Shown piece after piece: positions 27,565 through 39,363 of a DNA stretch of 64,000 nt (position 1 is the stretch's first letter; the number at the start of each line of letters is the position of its first letter). The position numbers and the translations under genes were made by a program. Where the stretch lies: the NCBI RefSeq assembly GCF_001949145.1, contig NW_019091362.1, positions 310,670-374,669 of the forward strand, in the 5' to 3' direction. The DNA is from Acanthaster planci. Taxonomy: Eukaryota. A model generated the notes under the pieces. The model saw only the letters and a list, made by a program, of their open reading frames with translations. It searched no databases and was not told the DNA's origin.

Positions 27565-29989
27565 AGCGCAACTGTACAGGCCGGTGCAGTAAACATGGTG
27601 AATAAAAAGTCCGTTGAAAAGTGTAAAACAACAAAATCCGGGGCTCAAGCCGACATTACTGGAGTTCTCAAACAAAAGTTAAATTATTGTCTCGACTCTA
27701 CTCTTTCCATTTCTTTTTAAATTGTTAATTGTTCTTAATCATTAACACAACACAAAACCACCCCTCGAAAAGTGATAGTTCCCAAGAATGCTCCGAGCCA
27801 CTTTTCTACTTTCCCGGGCACTGCGGGGACAGTTTTCCATCAGTAATTTTATCAACTCTGCCCTAGGATGGAAGCCTCCATGCTCAGGGAGTTGATCTTG
27901 GCCTAAATTTCCACAATCCCTCAATTCTATTTTTCTAAAGAAGCTGTGTGTCACTTTTTATGCAAGTTCACTGCACCCTTACAGTATTCGTGCTTTTGCT
28001 TGTCTGAAAGAAAACGAAGTTTGGTTTCAAATTTGAATGCCTGGATTTCCTTCCAACTTTTTTAATTTTCAAGGGCAGATCTTGGGGCCATGCCCCCCAA
28101 AGGAGGCTGTTTTATTTTGAAAAATAATCAAAGAACATTATGTAGCCTCAGTCTCACCCCTGAGAAAGTCAATGAGTTTTATTCTCAATTTTTTATGAAA
28201 GAACATAGGTCTATCTTTGGTCAATTTTATTTCCCCTCCAAAAGCGGGAAGAGGGCCTTCGTTTCTTGAAGGTCATAAAGACCAAAAAAGGCCCCAGAAA
28301 GACCATAAAAGGTATATAAATAAAAATCTATATTTTTCCTCCCTCCCTCAAAAGAGTTTGCCTTCCTCTCCCCCCCCCGAAAAAAAATCCGCCGCGAGCC
28401 TTTAATCAAGCCGCGTGTGGCACCTTGGTGCCTCAGCTGGTAACGAAAAGACGAGTGAAGCCAATCGCACTATAGGTACATATAGAGTAGGGGGAAGATG
28501 CTGGGTCTAGTCCACGCCTCTTTTCCCTGTGTACTTACCCAGAAAAAAAAATTAAGATTTAAAATTACCAACGGGTACCGACCCAGTAAAATTTTTCAAA
28601 ACAACATTTTAAATCTCTTATTTTATGTGTGAAAACAGGTCACTGCCGCCAAGCCAAGGTCGTGACGTACTGTTGCCATGGTGCGGCGAAAATTGGAAAG
28701 TGCTTGTTGCAACAATCTACTGGTACGAGCAAGGATTGCTGATCAAACGTTGCTTCGCTCATGCGAAAAATAAAAAAAACAGCTTAAACTTGTTCAGGAG
28801 AACTACCGCCATTCTCTTTTTTACTCTCGCAGGCTATGATGCATCACCATACCAAACCTTACACCAACGTATCAGGTAAATGGATGTCTATTCTGATGTT
28901 AATTTTTAAAAAGAGAGAGATAGTTTTTAATTTACAAAATCCTTGATCTGTTATTTTTAATTTTTTTTTGATTAACGACAATGGAAATATCAAGACAAAC
29001 CAGTGCATGAGTTGACGTGTGTTATATCTTGCTCGAGAAAACTGCTGATGACTAATCGCTCGGAAGAAAGTTTTTAACTATCTACCTGACATGAGTAATC
29101 CGCCATCATTACCATTTTTACAAATGTGTATTGACGATAAGTGGAGTGGATGAAGTGGATGAAGATGCGGATGAAATAGAGGACTTGGAGGAGCAACCGA
29201 AACGGACAAAAAATACTGTTTCTGTGCAGTCTGTTGATGACAAACTAAAACAAGAACATCAACCACAACGAGGCAAGCATGAGGAACCATTCCTGCCTGG
29301 GATGATGCACGTTGAAGTTTATCTAAATTAGCAAAATGTGTAAAAGAATATAACGAGATATATAACAATAGAGAAAACCGTGCTCACTAGCTGGAAATAT
29401 CATTTCAAACATTTCAGCGAAACAAGAAAAAACGACAGGTACCTACACAAGATTTAAGTTATTGGCTAAAATAAAAATGTAGTGTTAAAAAAGGGCAAAA
29501 ACGTTAAGAGAATTTTATAAACTTACACCGATTATCCTCAATTACTTTGTTTCCGCTTACCGTTGACTTTTTTAAGAAAAAAATAACAAAAAACGTACAA
29601 GGATGTGTTTTAGTATTTGGCAAGATATTGGTTCTAATGGTCTAATCTTTTACGCTGTTGTTGTGATAACTGCGGACCCATGCATGGTATAACAAGGCGT
29701 AAGGCAATATCCCTCATTATATAATTTTAGGTTTTTTAATGCAACGCAAATTTTTCTAAACTTTATGAAGCGGCGGCTCTACCTGCTTACCGGCTGCAAA
29801 TAGCTTTTAGCCCAAGTAAGGAGGAGCGGTAGGCGGTGCTCTTACACTGTTCCTTGGTGGAGTGGGAGCCCACAGCCTAGAACAAACAACTCAGCGACTT
29901 TAATACAGCTTGATGTGATTCTCCAAGTTTTTTCAACAGATCTTTTTTTCGTCAAACATCTCCCTCGCGATAATTTTTGCTTTCTCTTA

Positions 29990-30420
29990 AAATATTGAAC
30001 AACTTGTTCAATTTCTGCCGTGTCTTGTTTTTAATTTCCTGAATTTTAGTACTTCCACACACTCTCACGTATTCAACACAAATTCTTCATGAGAGATGTC
30101 GCCGTCGTTTATTGCGTGAGCCACGTATTCTTCTATCGTGTTTAGTTTGTCGTCGGCCAAAACTCGCATTTGATCGTGGTTCTTTAATTTCACGTTCAAT
30201 CTTTTACCTGCATGCCGAAGCAAACCAAACGCTCCAAAACCTACAGGTCACTTCTAAAACCAGTCCCACAGGAGCAGAAAGAGCGACCAAGATTGCTGGG
30301 ATACCCACTGTACCTGAAACAACAAGCCTACGGTTTCACTCCATATTCTGCCTATTTTATCGCGGTGAACAACCACTTAATTTTTTTACGTAGTTTCTCC
30401 TTTTTTCGCTCTGTCAAGAT
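29990..30420 (-). pseudogene. Fragment of a conserved Maverick accessory protein with a hydrophobic segment
   Basis: SGTVGIPAILVALSAPVGLVLEV ... KNHDQMRVLADDKLNTIEEYVAHAINDGDISHEEF resembles the KH..I..LA.SKLN.I....S.AL.DG.IS..EF protein of invertebrate Polintons. Confidence 0.55.
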
Positions 30421-31504
30421 CTGAGATTTTATTTGTTCGACTTTGTGGAATCTGTAAATATTTGTTTCTTCTTTACTGTCGCTTCTTAACGGTAGAGAAA
30501 AGTAAAGGTTTTCACTCCTTTTTTTCCTTGTTTTATATTAAGCTTTAAAAAAGCCTTAAGCTTTGAAAAAACTTTAAGCTTTCAACAAAAACTTTAAGCT
30601 TCGAAAAACGACTTCTCCCCTGTTGGTTTTTTTTCAACCTAGTTCTCCATATGAAGGTCAAACTAGTTAAAGTTAAAGTCGACACTTCCCTCGTTTCTGT
30701 GAGGGCGCTCCTGGTTCTCGTTTTTTCCTCTTGGTTGTTTTTGTTAAATCCGTATTGTATAAATTCTAAAGCTAGTCTTCTACCTTCTGTGATGAATTCA
30801 CCTCCATCTCGCAGTAAAGCCACCAAGCTCGCAGCAGAAATTTGTTCATCGCTTAGTTCCCTTCAATACTATATTCAGAAATAGGACTAGGCCCTATAGT
30901 TTATCATTACTATTTTGGGGTGTCAATTTAAGTTCTGTTTCAATCATGCGCTTTTCTTTAAAACCTTTCCCTTTCATATCCGTTAACGGAATCGTGTAGG
31001 CCTAGTACTCGATGAAAACTTTTCCCGCTGGGTTTGGGTATTTCACCGATGGGCATTATTAACGGAAATTTCTCTTTCTCGAGCTCTTTCAGAGGGTCTG
31101 CCATCTGCATGCGTTTGCCAATCGATTTCGATGGCGTTGGTAATGTTAAATACCCTGCGCGGAACACAACTTTTTAATGCGCATGGATTTATAGTCGTCC
31201 AGGTTTTCATCAACGTCTTGCAACTGAAACGTCTGCTCGTTCTTACTCAAGTAAAAAGAGTGTGTTGTTACCACTTTTAAAAAGACCATTTTAAAAAGTT
31301 TTTTTAAAGAAACCATGGGAACCAATTTCAGTTACTTCCGTCGTGAACAAGGACAACTTTTTATTTGCTGAGTTTCCCAACTTGACAAAAGCTTACAAAC
31401 TCCCACGTGTGAAAACAGAGGAAGCCGTCTACCGTTAGACCAGCGACCCTTTAAAGTTGTACTGTGCTTCGACGGCTTTAGGAGTTGGTTGGGATCTTCT
31501 AAAC

Positions 31505-31860
31505 GATTAGGTGTAGTCAACATAATCGTTCCCGGCACGCGTCTAAACTCGCTTTTAAACTAGACTTGGACGGTGTTTCAGACGATAACAGAGGCGTATA
31601 CAATAACATGGCTCGCAACTTGGTAAAAGAAATTAACGTCAGGCTTCAACAACACAGCGACCAGAAATATGGCTCACTTTGGCCTCGAAAACGTGCAGGA
31701 CAAACTCAGACTTGGAGCCGCAGATGGAAAAGACAAAGCGATCGCCGACGCGTTTGGTAACCACTACGCGATTCCTCTGGACATCGAACTGTTAACCGAC
31801 TACATTCCATTTTACTCCAACGCTTTGAAACAGCCTTCGACCTAAGAATTGTTTAACGTT
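31505..31860 (+). pseudogene. Maverick major capsid protein fragment
   Basis: Frameshifted IIVPGT / KLAFKLDLDGVSDDNRGVYNNMARNLVKEINV / KLRLGAADGKDKAIADAFGNHYAIPLDIELLTDYIPFY resembles invertebrate Polinton capsid motifs (recognised from memory). Confidence 0.65.
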
Positions 31861-31883
31861 TCAAAGATGTCTCCAGTATACCG

Positions 31884-32470
31884 TCAGATTTTTCGAACAG
31901 TGTAGTGCAAGTGAAAATTAAAGCCAAAGTTAATGTTGGCTTGCTTTGTAATCAGAGACTCAACAAACCGTTTTGAAGTGTCTGGTCCTCTATACATCTG
32001 TTGACTAGTGCACTTACCATCACATCGAACGCAACAACGTGAGAATAACCGCAAGATTTGTGCTCGCGTCTGTTTTTCTAGTATCGATTCAGAATCTGCG
32101 TAAATCATGAAAAGTGCATCTTGCTTGTGTTTGTAGATTTTAAACTTCAAAACGGTATAGTCTTTGTCCGGAAATACGAGTTACGATGAAGCGCTGTCTA
32201 TACCTTGACAATCTTGTTTGTGCGCGTCTAACTTGACTTAAAAATGAGAAAGACAATGTTAACCGAAATATATCTTGTGTTAGTGTGCCCTGGCTTCGCT
32301 AGATAGAAGTCGTGAAAATCTTTGATCCAACAACAGTGACTTGTTTCTTTGTCGGTAAACAAGAGTAAACTGATGGGTTCTTTCAAACAGTTTTCAGAAA
32401 CGTACAAAGGAAAAACATTGTCTTTTGTTATTTGTACCCAAACACGTTAATAGCCAAAATTTTCCGGGTT
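31884..32470 (-). pseudogene. Maverick protein-primed DNA polymerase B fragment (exonuclease-proximal part)
   Basis: Disrupted frames give LAINVFGY..DNVFPLYVS..PISLLLF..HCCWIKDF and KFKIYKHKQDALFMIYADSESIL, resembling the Polinton pPolB INVFG / YPL / HY.WIK / PFxIYADFE motifs. Confidence 0.75.
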
Positions 32471-32599
32471 GCTACGCAGGGCTGTTGATCCACGGGGGTG
32501 GGAAATAAGGCGTTGATAAATTTTAACCCGTCATTTGTGTTGTAAGTAGATGTTCTATCTGACTTTTATAGTTGGAGTTGGCTTGAGCTATACCCAAGG

Positions 32600-33690
32600 C
32601 GGCTCTCAGAATCTTACTAACAAACAGATCACAGAAAGTTGTCTTGGAAGGAGTCTCTTCATCACCAATAGAAGTAACCTCTGGTTCGTGTACCACAGGG
32701 CACTGTCTTGGGGCCGTTGCTTTTCATACTATACCTCAACGACCTTACCTCAGGAATTATATTGGAAGTTAGGCTCCTAACAGATGACTGTATCCTGTAT
32801 CGAGAAATGAAGACAAGGAATGATGCTCAAGCTCTACCAGACGACATAAATACGCTCAGCAAATATGAGTCAAGTTGGCAGATGAAAATTAACACTGCAA
32901 AATGTTATACTATGCATATCACTCACAAGAAAAACCTATGTTGTCTACCTACATGATGAATGGAAAACCACTCGAGAAGACAAATAGCCATACTTACCTG
33001 GGAGTAGAAATAAATCATAAACTGAGTTGTGCTGATCATATAAGCAGTGACTCTTCAAAGGCAAACAAAATGCTTGGGTTACTCCGTAGAAACCTCTACA
33101 GCTGTTCTCCAAGGGTGAAGGAGATTGCCTGCAAAATCCTAGTCAGACCTAAGCTGGTATATTGTGCTAGCGTCTAGGATCCGTACTACCAAGATCACAA
33201 GAACAGACTAGCAGCACTCCAGCGGAGGGCGGCAAGATTTGTAGGCAGAGATTTTCGACAAAAAAGCAGTGTCTCCTTCATGATTCAAACCCTGCGATGG
33301 AAATCCTTAGAGGAGCGTAGGGCTACGACTGTACACTCACTTTATTTTATAAATCCATCCATCATCAAGTATCAGTGAAACACGGATCATTACCGGGTGA
33401 AAGCCGAAAGAGAGGGAATTACAACACGGAAAACATCTTCTATTTCCTTTTCCCACCAATCGATACAAAAAGAGTGTTACAAAGTCACCTTCATACCCAG
33501 GACCATTGTGAAATGGAAATATTTACCGGCCGAAATATGGGAAGCTTCAAATATTGATACCTTCAAAACAAAGTTGTCTAGTATTGACATAGGGGGACCC
33601 AGCACGTGTATTAGAGTCAGCTAGCCACCACGCACCTGCAACTTAAAATGTCCAATAGTGGAGGTTGTTACAGTAATTACAAGAAGAAGA
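32600..33690 (+). mobile_element. 5'-truncated non-LTR retrotransposon (CR1/L2-group-like), RT C-terminal half
   Basis: Disrupted frames VPQGTVLGPLLFILYLNDL, LLTDDCILY, YLGVEI, KANKMLGLLRRNL, LVRPKLVY; ends in a short (GAA)n tail at about 33681-33690. Confidence 0.85.
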
Positions 33691-33765
33691 CACCACCTGA
33701 TGCACTCTTGGACGGTGTTTACGTGAACAATAGCCTTTTTTTATTTTTAAGTACATGTACATGGG

Positions 33766-33883
33766 TAGTATACGAATACAGCATGGTTTGAGGGGATGCA
33801 GTGGGAATTACTGGTCCCGAGGTGTAGGTCAGCGCGAAATCTTCCTCCATGGCGAAATAAACCATGCTGTATTTGTTTTACTA
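33766..33883. mobile_element. Small foldback/MITE
   Basis: TAGTATACGAATACAGCATGGTTT versus AAACCATGCTGTATTTGTTTTACTA (inverted). Confidence 0.55.
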
Positions 33884-34308
33884 CACTTTATATTCACAAC
33901 AGAAATCTCACGTTACTTGTACTCACATACGCCATTGTTGTTTCTCAGCTGCTAAATTTCCATGTAATAATAGTGGAGTGCAAATGTGCATAGAAACAGG
34001 CTTCAATAGTCTGGTGCTGGCATACGTTTTGGGTCTTTATTACAATAATTATTAGGATACAACTCCAGACTGGTTCCGTAAAGATTACATGGCACAGAAT
34101 ACATATTTACGCAGTGGGTTCCAGAGGGATTTTTTGATGCTACCAGAAAAAAATACCGTCGCGTGGCAGCGAGGTGGATACTCACCGCTATGACGTCACC
34201 TGGTCGCGTATCATTTCTACTTCCCAGACACGAGGTGGAATCGGCCAATGAAGCGCTCCGAATTGCTCATGAATATTTGGTGTAGTAATGGCATATACCT
34301 TTTTCACC

Positions 34309-34406
34309 CACGTGACTAGATGTAAACGATACCACCACGTATGAACCGCCTTGGCCACGGTGATCTTATTCCTACGGGCAGCTTCAACCACGTGCAAGTG
34401 CACGTG
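34309..34406. promoter_or_regulatory. E-box cluster with a tandem CACGTG-N6-CACGTG
   Basis: CACGTG at 34309-34314, 34389-34394 and 34401-34406; near-match CACGTA at 34336-34341. Confidence 0.5.
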
Positions 34407-34514
34407 CGAAAATTGCATGCTTGACTAGTTTATCTTGAATAAGTAGATTACCATCACAACGCTATGCACTCATTACCATCTCAACATATTAGAAGTCCAG
34501 CACGATCGTGAATA

Positions 34515-35450
34515 CGATATGAGCTACCTCTTAACGATTCTTACTTAGTGATGCGTAAAGCGCTGTGATGGTGTTGATGGTGTAACCCGATCCTCTCTGC
34601 GTATATTCTTCGATTTGCTTCAGAATGTCTTCTCGTTGTTCTGCTAAAGTTTGATTGACGTCACGTTTGTTTAAAACGGAGGTATATTTACTTTTAAACG
34701 TAAATTTTGCCGTGACTTAGTCCCCTTGGTTAGGTCTTTCTTTGCTAAACATGGCTTTGAGTTTGATGCAAGTCAGTTGTCTCAACGCAGACGTTACTTC
34801 AACTTTGGTCATTTGCTCGTGAGAGTTAAAGAATCGCACCAGGTCTTTGTTATACAATCGAGATTGAGTTCCCAACTTCTTAAATTCCCTGGAAACCTTC
34901 TAATTTCTCTAAACTCTTTAAACGGCTCTGATGTGTTGTACGCTTTGACTGTGTTGATGCAGTCTGTCCTAAGCAACTGGCCATTTTTACCCGTGGGTAC
35001 GACTCTCAACTAATTGTTTTGAGCGATTTTATTTAAGTCGTAGAAATTCTTTTACATTGAGGTTTGAAATTGGTTTTTGTTCTGTACGTATAGCACAGAT
35101 ATAATCTCGACGCGTGTGTTTAAGTTTGCCTGATAGTGTGATACGGTACTTATTCACGTATTATTTTAACACAGCTTTACTCCATCTGACGTAGGTTTTT
35201 TGTTATTGGTCTTTCGCCTGGTCTTTACATGCTTTTTTATATGTAGAGATTATATTTATTTAAGTCATTTTCCCCAAAAAGTAAAAACGGTGGGTTTGTT
35301 TTACACTCTGAGCACCAATACTTGTTTTCCTTGTGCTCGCATATTCAAGGCGTGCAAATCTTACTAGCTGATTTATACAGTTTGTGCTCACAAGACAAGT
35401 CGTTTTTGCAATAATCTTTACTGTTTCTATGGACCGTGTCTTGTTCACAA
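34515..35450 (-). pseudogene. Maverick pPolB N-terminal fragment preceded by Cys/His repeats
   Basis: FKSKYTSVLNKRDVNQTLAEQREDILKQIEEYTQRGSGYTINTITALY...LRGSSY resembles the pPolB N-terminal GSGW...PLxGxSY block. CEHxxxKxxCxxC-like repeats lie upstream at about 35290-35450. Confidence 0.65.
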
Positions 35451-37138
35451 GTTAACCATCGTCTCCGATGGCCGAAACACGTTACGCAGCTTTTCTTCAC
35501 TTTAAAGTCTGAAAGCGGGTTTTTGTGACAGTTGATTCACGTTTTTGTTGCCATTGTTTTGATCACGTCTCTTTGTTTTACTTTATTTTTTCAATATTTT
35601 TTTTAATAATGGCTGATTTGTTTCCAAATTTAAAATAAGAGAATTAAAATGCTAATTTTTAAAAATTTTACTAGGTACCCAGTGGTTATTTAACGTTTAC
35701 AAAATATTTTTTGGGGGGGAGGTACCCAATTAAAAGAAGCGTGCTAAATCCGGCATATTCCACCTACTCTAGTATCTATGGTAGGAGATCCCAGTCCCGT
35801 TCCCACTTTTTGACATAGGGGATTACAAATATAATTACCCCCCCCCTTGCAACAAACTGAATATGAGCACCCTCACAGGCTGCACCACCGTACTCTACAC
35901 TTGCCCGCGTCATGATATCTCTTGGGATGGAGGCTGGTCTTTCAGAAAGCATCCCCCACATGTGACAAGAAATCTTCGCCTATGCCGTATCCATGTTTCA
36001 GTTCCGTACGTAGTCTCCAGATGTCTTACAGACGTGATCCGAATGTAGGGACCGGTAGCGTGTAATGAATCCGGCAGCATCCTGCCCCGAATGTAAAATG
36101 TAAACGATGCCCGCTCAATGCACAAATCATATATATTTTTGGTCTTTCTTCTTGGTTACTGAAACTAACTTCTCCATAAATGGATCATTTATCTAAAATT
36201 TAACACAATAACCACCGATTTGAAATAAATTACCGTAAAATGATTTGTCGAGCATAATCATTGAAAAATAAATTACCACCCTGTGATCAACAGAGGATTA
36301 TCAAGGATAGAACTTGTGTTTTATTTGCCTTCGAGCTGAAACGTATTTCATGTTAAAGCATTGCTATTGGCCTGACAAAAGTTTAAATACTCAGCATTCA
36401 AATTGCAGGACTAGCTCCGGGCCCTATTTAATAGGGGCGGGGACCAGTCCAGTATTACTGCAGTGTCCGGGGTGCCACACGTCACGCGCGCTTTCTTTGA
36501 AGGCCACACCAGCTAGCTGGAAGGAAGTTCGAGCGACGACCATTCGTCAACCACAAGCTGCATTCAGCATCCCCCTGCATCCAGCATATAATGGTATTTT
36601 GTGCACAGGTTATATTGCTGTGGTTTGTCTTGGTGCATATGGAGTTGTATCCTCATGATGGAATTTTTCAAGCATCTGCTTTGCCATCATTCTATCACCT
36701 CATGAAATTACCAATTCATGATAAATATTCATTATTTTACCTTGCATTTACGAATTGATAAAGTTGGATACAGTTTGCGTGAAATGGGTAAAACATTCCA
36801 CACTTTTAATAAATCACCAGTAAATTTAGCAGATGAGTTTTTTCGACGTTGAAATTGTAATTGTTAAACACAAAACAAACTTATATTGGAGAGCATATAT
36901 AACTGGTGGCAGAATAGCACATGCTGTATTCTTGCTTTAAGGTTTGCTGGGTGCCTGCGTGTAGGCAGATTTTACTGCAGCACAGTGCCTTCTTTGGATT
37001 TGGGTATCAACTATATTATTGGCCGAAAAACTTAAGCGTAGAACCCATTACAATGTTTTCTATCAATGTGAACATAAACATTTCAAGCCCTTGAACAGAG
37101 CCCCATTCTTCAACTTAAGCTACAACCGAAAAGTCTAT

Positions 37139-38047
37139 TCAGTCAGTATATTCCACTTCATTGTTATCAATATTTACAATTTCATTATTTTCCCCTCCCC
37201 CGTTATCTCCGATGTATGTCCCATCACCCTCTTCATCCCAGATCCTTTCTCCTCCATCTTCCGTCGTCATCTCGGCCGTAGGAAGAAAAACATCGAGATA
37301 GAGTTTCCTCCTAAGGCGCCCTCCATCTTTGCCGGATACCTCAATGACCCGTCTTGTTTTAGTCATTCCCTTCCTAAATGGATAAATGGAAGGCTCCTTA
37401 GACGATACTATGTGACGCTTGCATGTGGAAAATGCGTTCTTCGGTTTTTTATTTTTCACAGTAGGAGCTTTCATCCTTTGCCGTTTCTCTGTTTTAGGAT
37501 ATGGCCACATAGGTTTGACCGATAACTGGGAAATCGAACTGTCGTTTGAATGTGGCTGCAGTGTTAAATTTGTCACAGGCAGTGACGTTTTTTCAACAGA
37601 CGGGGGTCTGACAGATGCTTGGATGTCAAACTTGGTTACGGACATCCCACTGCATACACTTCTGGCAAGATGACACACTTGAACCTCCCTTACAATGTTC
37701 AAGATACCGGCTGTGAAGTCATCATTGGGCCACAGACGCGGCACGATGGGCGTGACGTGAATCTTCGGCAACACATCTCGGAATGGTTTGCGTTCTGGTG
37801 TAGGTACCTCGGGGGAGCAACGCCGTGATGCCAGGATGCTGAACTGACCCCTTTTGGGTCCACTGTTGTCATGGCATTCTCCGAAAAATTTATTATGGCA
37901 GATACCTTGGATTATTTCCTTTTCTCCGGCCGTGAATGAACTAGTACTGCCTCGGAGGGTAGAGCTTCCTGGCCTGCTCCTTGAAGTTGAAGAAGTACGC
38001 AGTGTCGCCTTTGTTGGCAGAATCTCACGCGAACCTTTGCTGGACAT
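37139..38047 (-). CDS. Uncharacterised 302-aa protein, single coding exon; S/R/K-rich with an acidic tail
   Basis: Longest ORF in the window, with good start context (AAAATGT). Plausible 5'UTR intron: donor GTAAGA at 38864, acceptor TCTGTAG ending 38128. X-box at 39034-39047 and ATTAAA at 36805-36810. No recognisable domain. Confidence 0.65.
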   Translation of the reverse strand: MSSKGSREILPTKATLRTSSTSRSRPGSSTLRGSTSSFTAGEKEIIQGICHNKFFGECHDNSGPKRGQFSILASRRCSPEVPTPERKPFRDVLPKIHVTPIVPRLWPNDDFTAGILNIVREVQVCHLARSVCSGMSVTKFDIQASVRPPSVEKTSLPVTNLTLQPHSNDSSISQLSVKPMWPYPKTEKRQRMKAPTVKNKKPKNAFSTCKRHIVSSKEPSIYPFRKGMTKTRRVIEVSGKDGGRLRRKLYLDVFLPTAEMTTEDGGERIWDEEGDGTYIGDNGGGENNEIVNIDNNEVEYTD

Positions 38048-39033
38048 TTTTCTGAGTTTCCGACAATTTGTATGATCACCAACTCAACTCTGAAACTCCA
38101 GGACAGTCTCTGATATAGGCCTATGTCCTACAGAATTGGAGAAATCCAGTTCATCCGTTCACATAAAGGAATCAGTTTAGAGAAAACCAAGTCGATATTG
38201 AAGGGATAAACTCTGCCGGTCACATCATAGGAAGTCTCGAAGCAAAATGATTTGGTATTGTTTGCAATTGAGCAAAACAACTGGGCGAAACTGATACATC
38301 GCTCACCTAACTCAATAACTGCTCGTGCATGATTCTCACAGACTTTAAACAAGTGAGCACTGTGCTCTTATTCGAGACAAATCCAGACAACTATAGAATG
38401 TCACGTCACTCGAAGTTCAGTGTAATACGGCTCCACCATCTCACCCTTTCTATAAGTACTCTAAATGTTGATTCACTTCAGTTTTTACAGCCGGTGCGTC
38501 TATACGTGTCAGACCTGCCGAGTTCACGTTTCTGTTCTAATTTTAGCCCACTTCAGCTGCGCCGCTTATAAACCCAATTAAAAAAAAATGTTCAAAGTCG
38601 AATGAAAAATATGCGCGTCTGCCACTGAAGGTGATACACGAACCGTCCTCTTCGGTGGTGGAGAGTCTTCATGAACACTCATGGATTCAAGAGTTTGAGA
38701 ATCGCAGAAAAGCAAGCACAAACTTGCGATAAAATGTGATTCTTTGTCTGCTGCTGCCTACTTTCACAGAAACTCAAGTGTTCCAAGGCTTAATTACAGA
38801 TTTAATTTGTGGTAACAAATAGCCGCATTTGCGGGAAAATCTTGTGGTTAAAAGCTCATCTTACGTTTTCTTCCTTGCAATGGAACCAACCCGAGTAAAA
38901 TTACTGAGGTAAATAACATTGTTACTTGGCAAACACGGGCAATTTACACGCATGGATAATGTTCGCCAGCTTCAGTTGACAAAAAGGCCACGCTCCAACT
39001 TCTAGACGATGCGGTATTAGTTTCGCATTTGTA

Positions 39034-39047
39034 GTTGCCATGGAAAC
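39034..39047. promoter_or_regulatory. RFX X-box (GTTGCCATGGAAAC)
   Basis: Close match to the RFX palindromic consensus, just upstream of the putative non-coding first exon (about 38865-39000) of the 302-aa gene. Confidence 0.6.
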
Positions 39048-39363
39048 ATTAATCAAGTGATCCATTTTGCATGCAAGTAGCAGAAACCAACGCAAGCTTT
39101 AAAAGCCTACGAGACATAATTGGCATGTTTGATCATCAGAGAACGTCCTATTATTTAATTTTCTTCAGTTCCTTTTTTGTCCATCGCCGTAGTGTTTATG
39201 GAGGTGTTTCTTATTATGTCATTATTTCATGGTTAACATAGTTTCTGGCGGTGAAAGTAGAAAAATCTGTTCTTGTACACGGTCGAGTTTAGTACACGTT
39301 CAGAACAAAAGATATACCAAGAAAACAATCAGAGCAAAGTTAGAGTAAGGAAGGGTGTTGCAC

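Larger units (their letters stand above)
28484..35770. mobile_element. Degenerate Maverick/Polinton (internally deleted fossil)
   Basis: About 140-bp imperfect inverted repeats at 28484-28626 and 35631-35770, starting AGAGTAG and ending CTACTCT. Internal fragments resemble pPolB, major capsid protein and a conserved Maverick accessory protein. No clear TSD. Confidence 0.8.

Noticed and set aside
30958..31480. Short minus-strand ORFs as Maverick integrase or protease
   Set aside because: No catalytic motifs could be recognised.
34191..34288. CRE (TGACGTCA) and CCAAT next to the E-box cluster
   Set aside because: They lie within a segment bounded by TTACTACAC / GTGTAGTAA that may be a repeat, so they were not counted as independent evidence.
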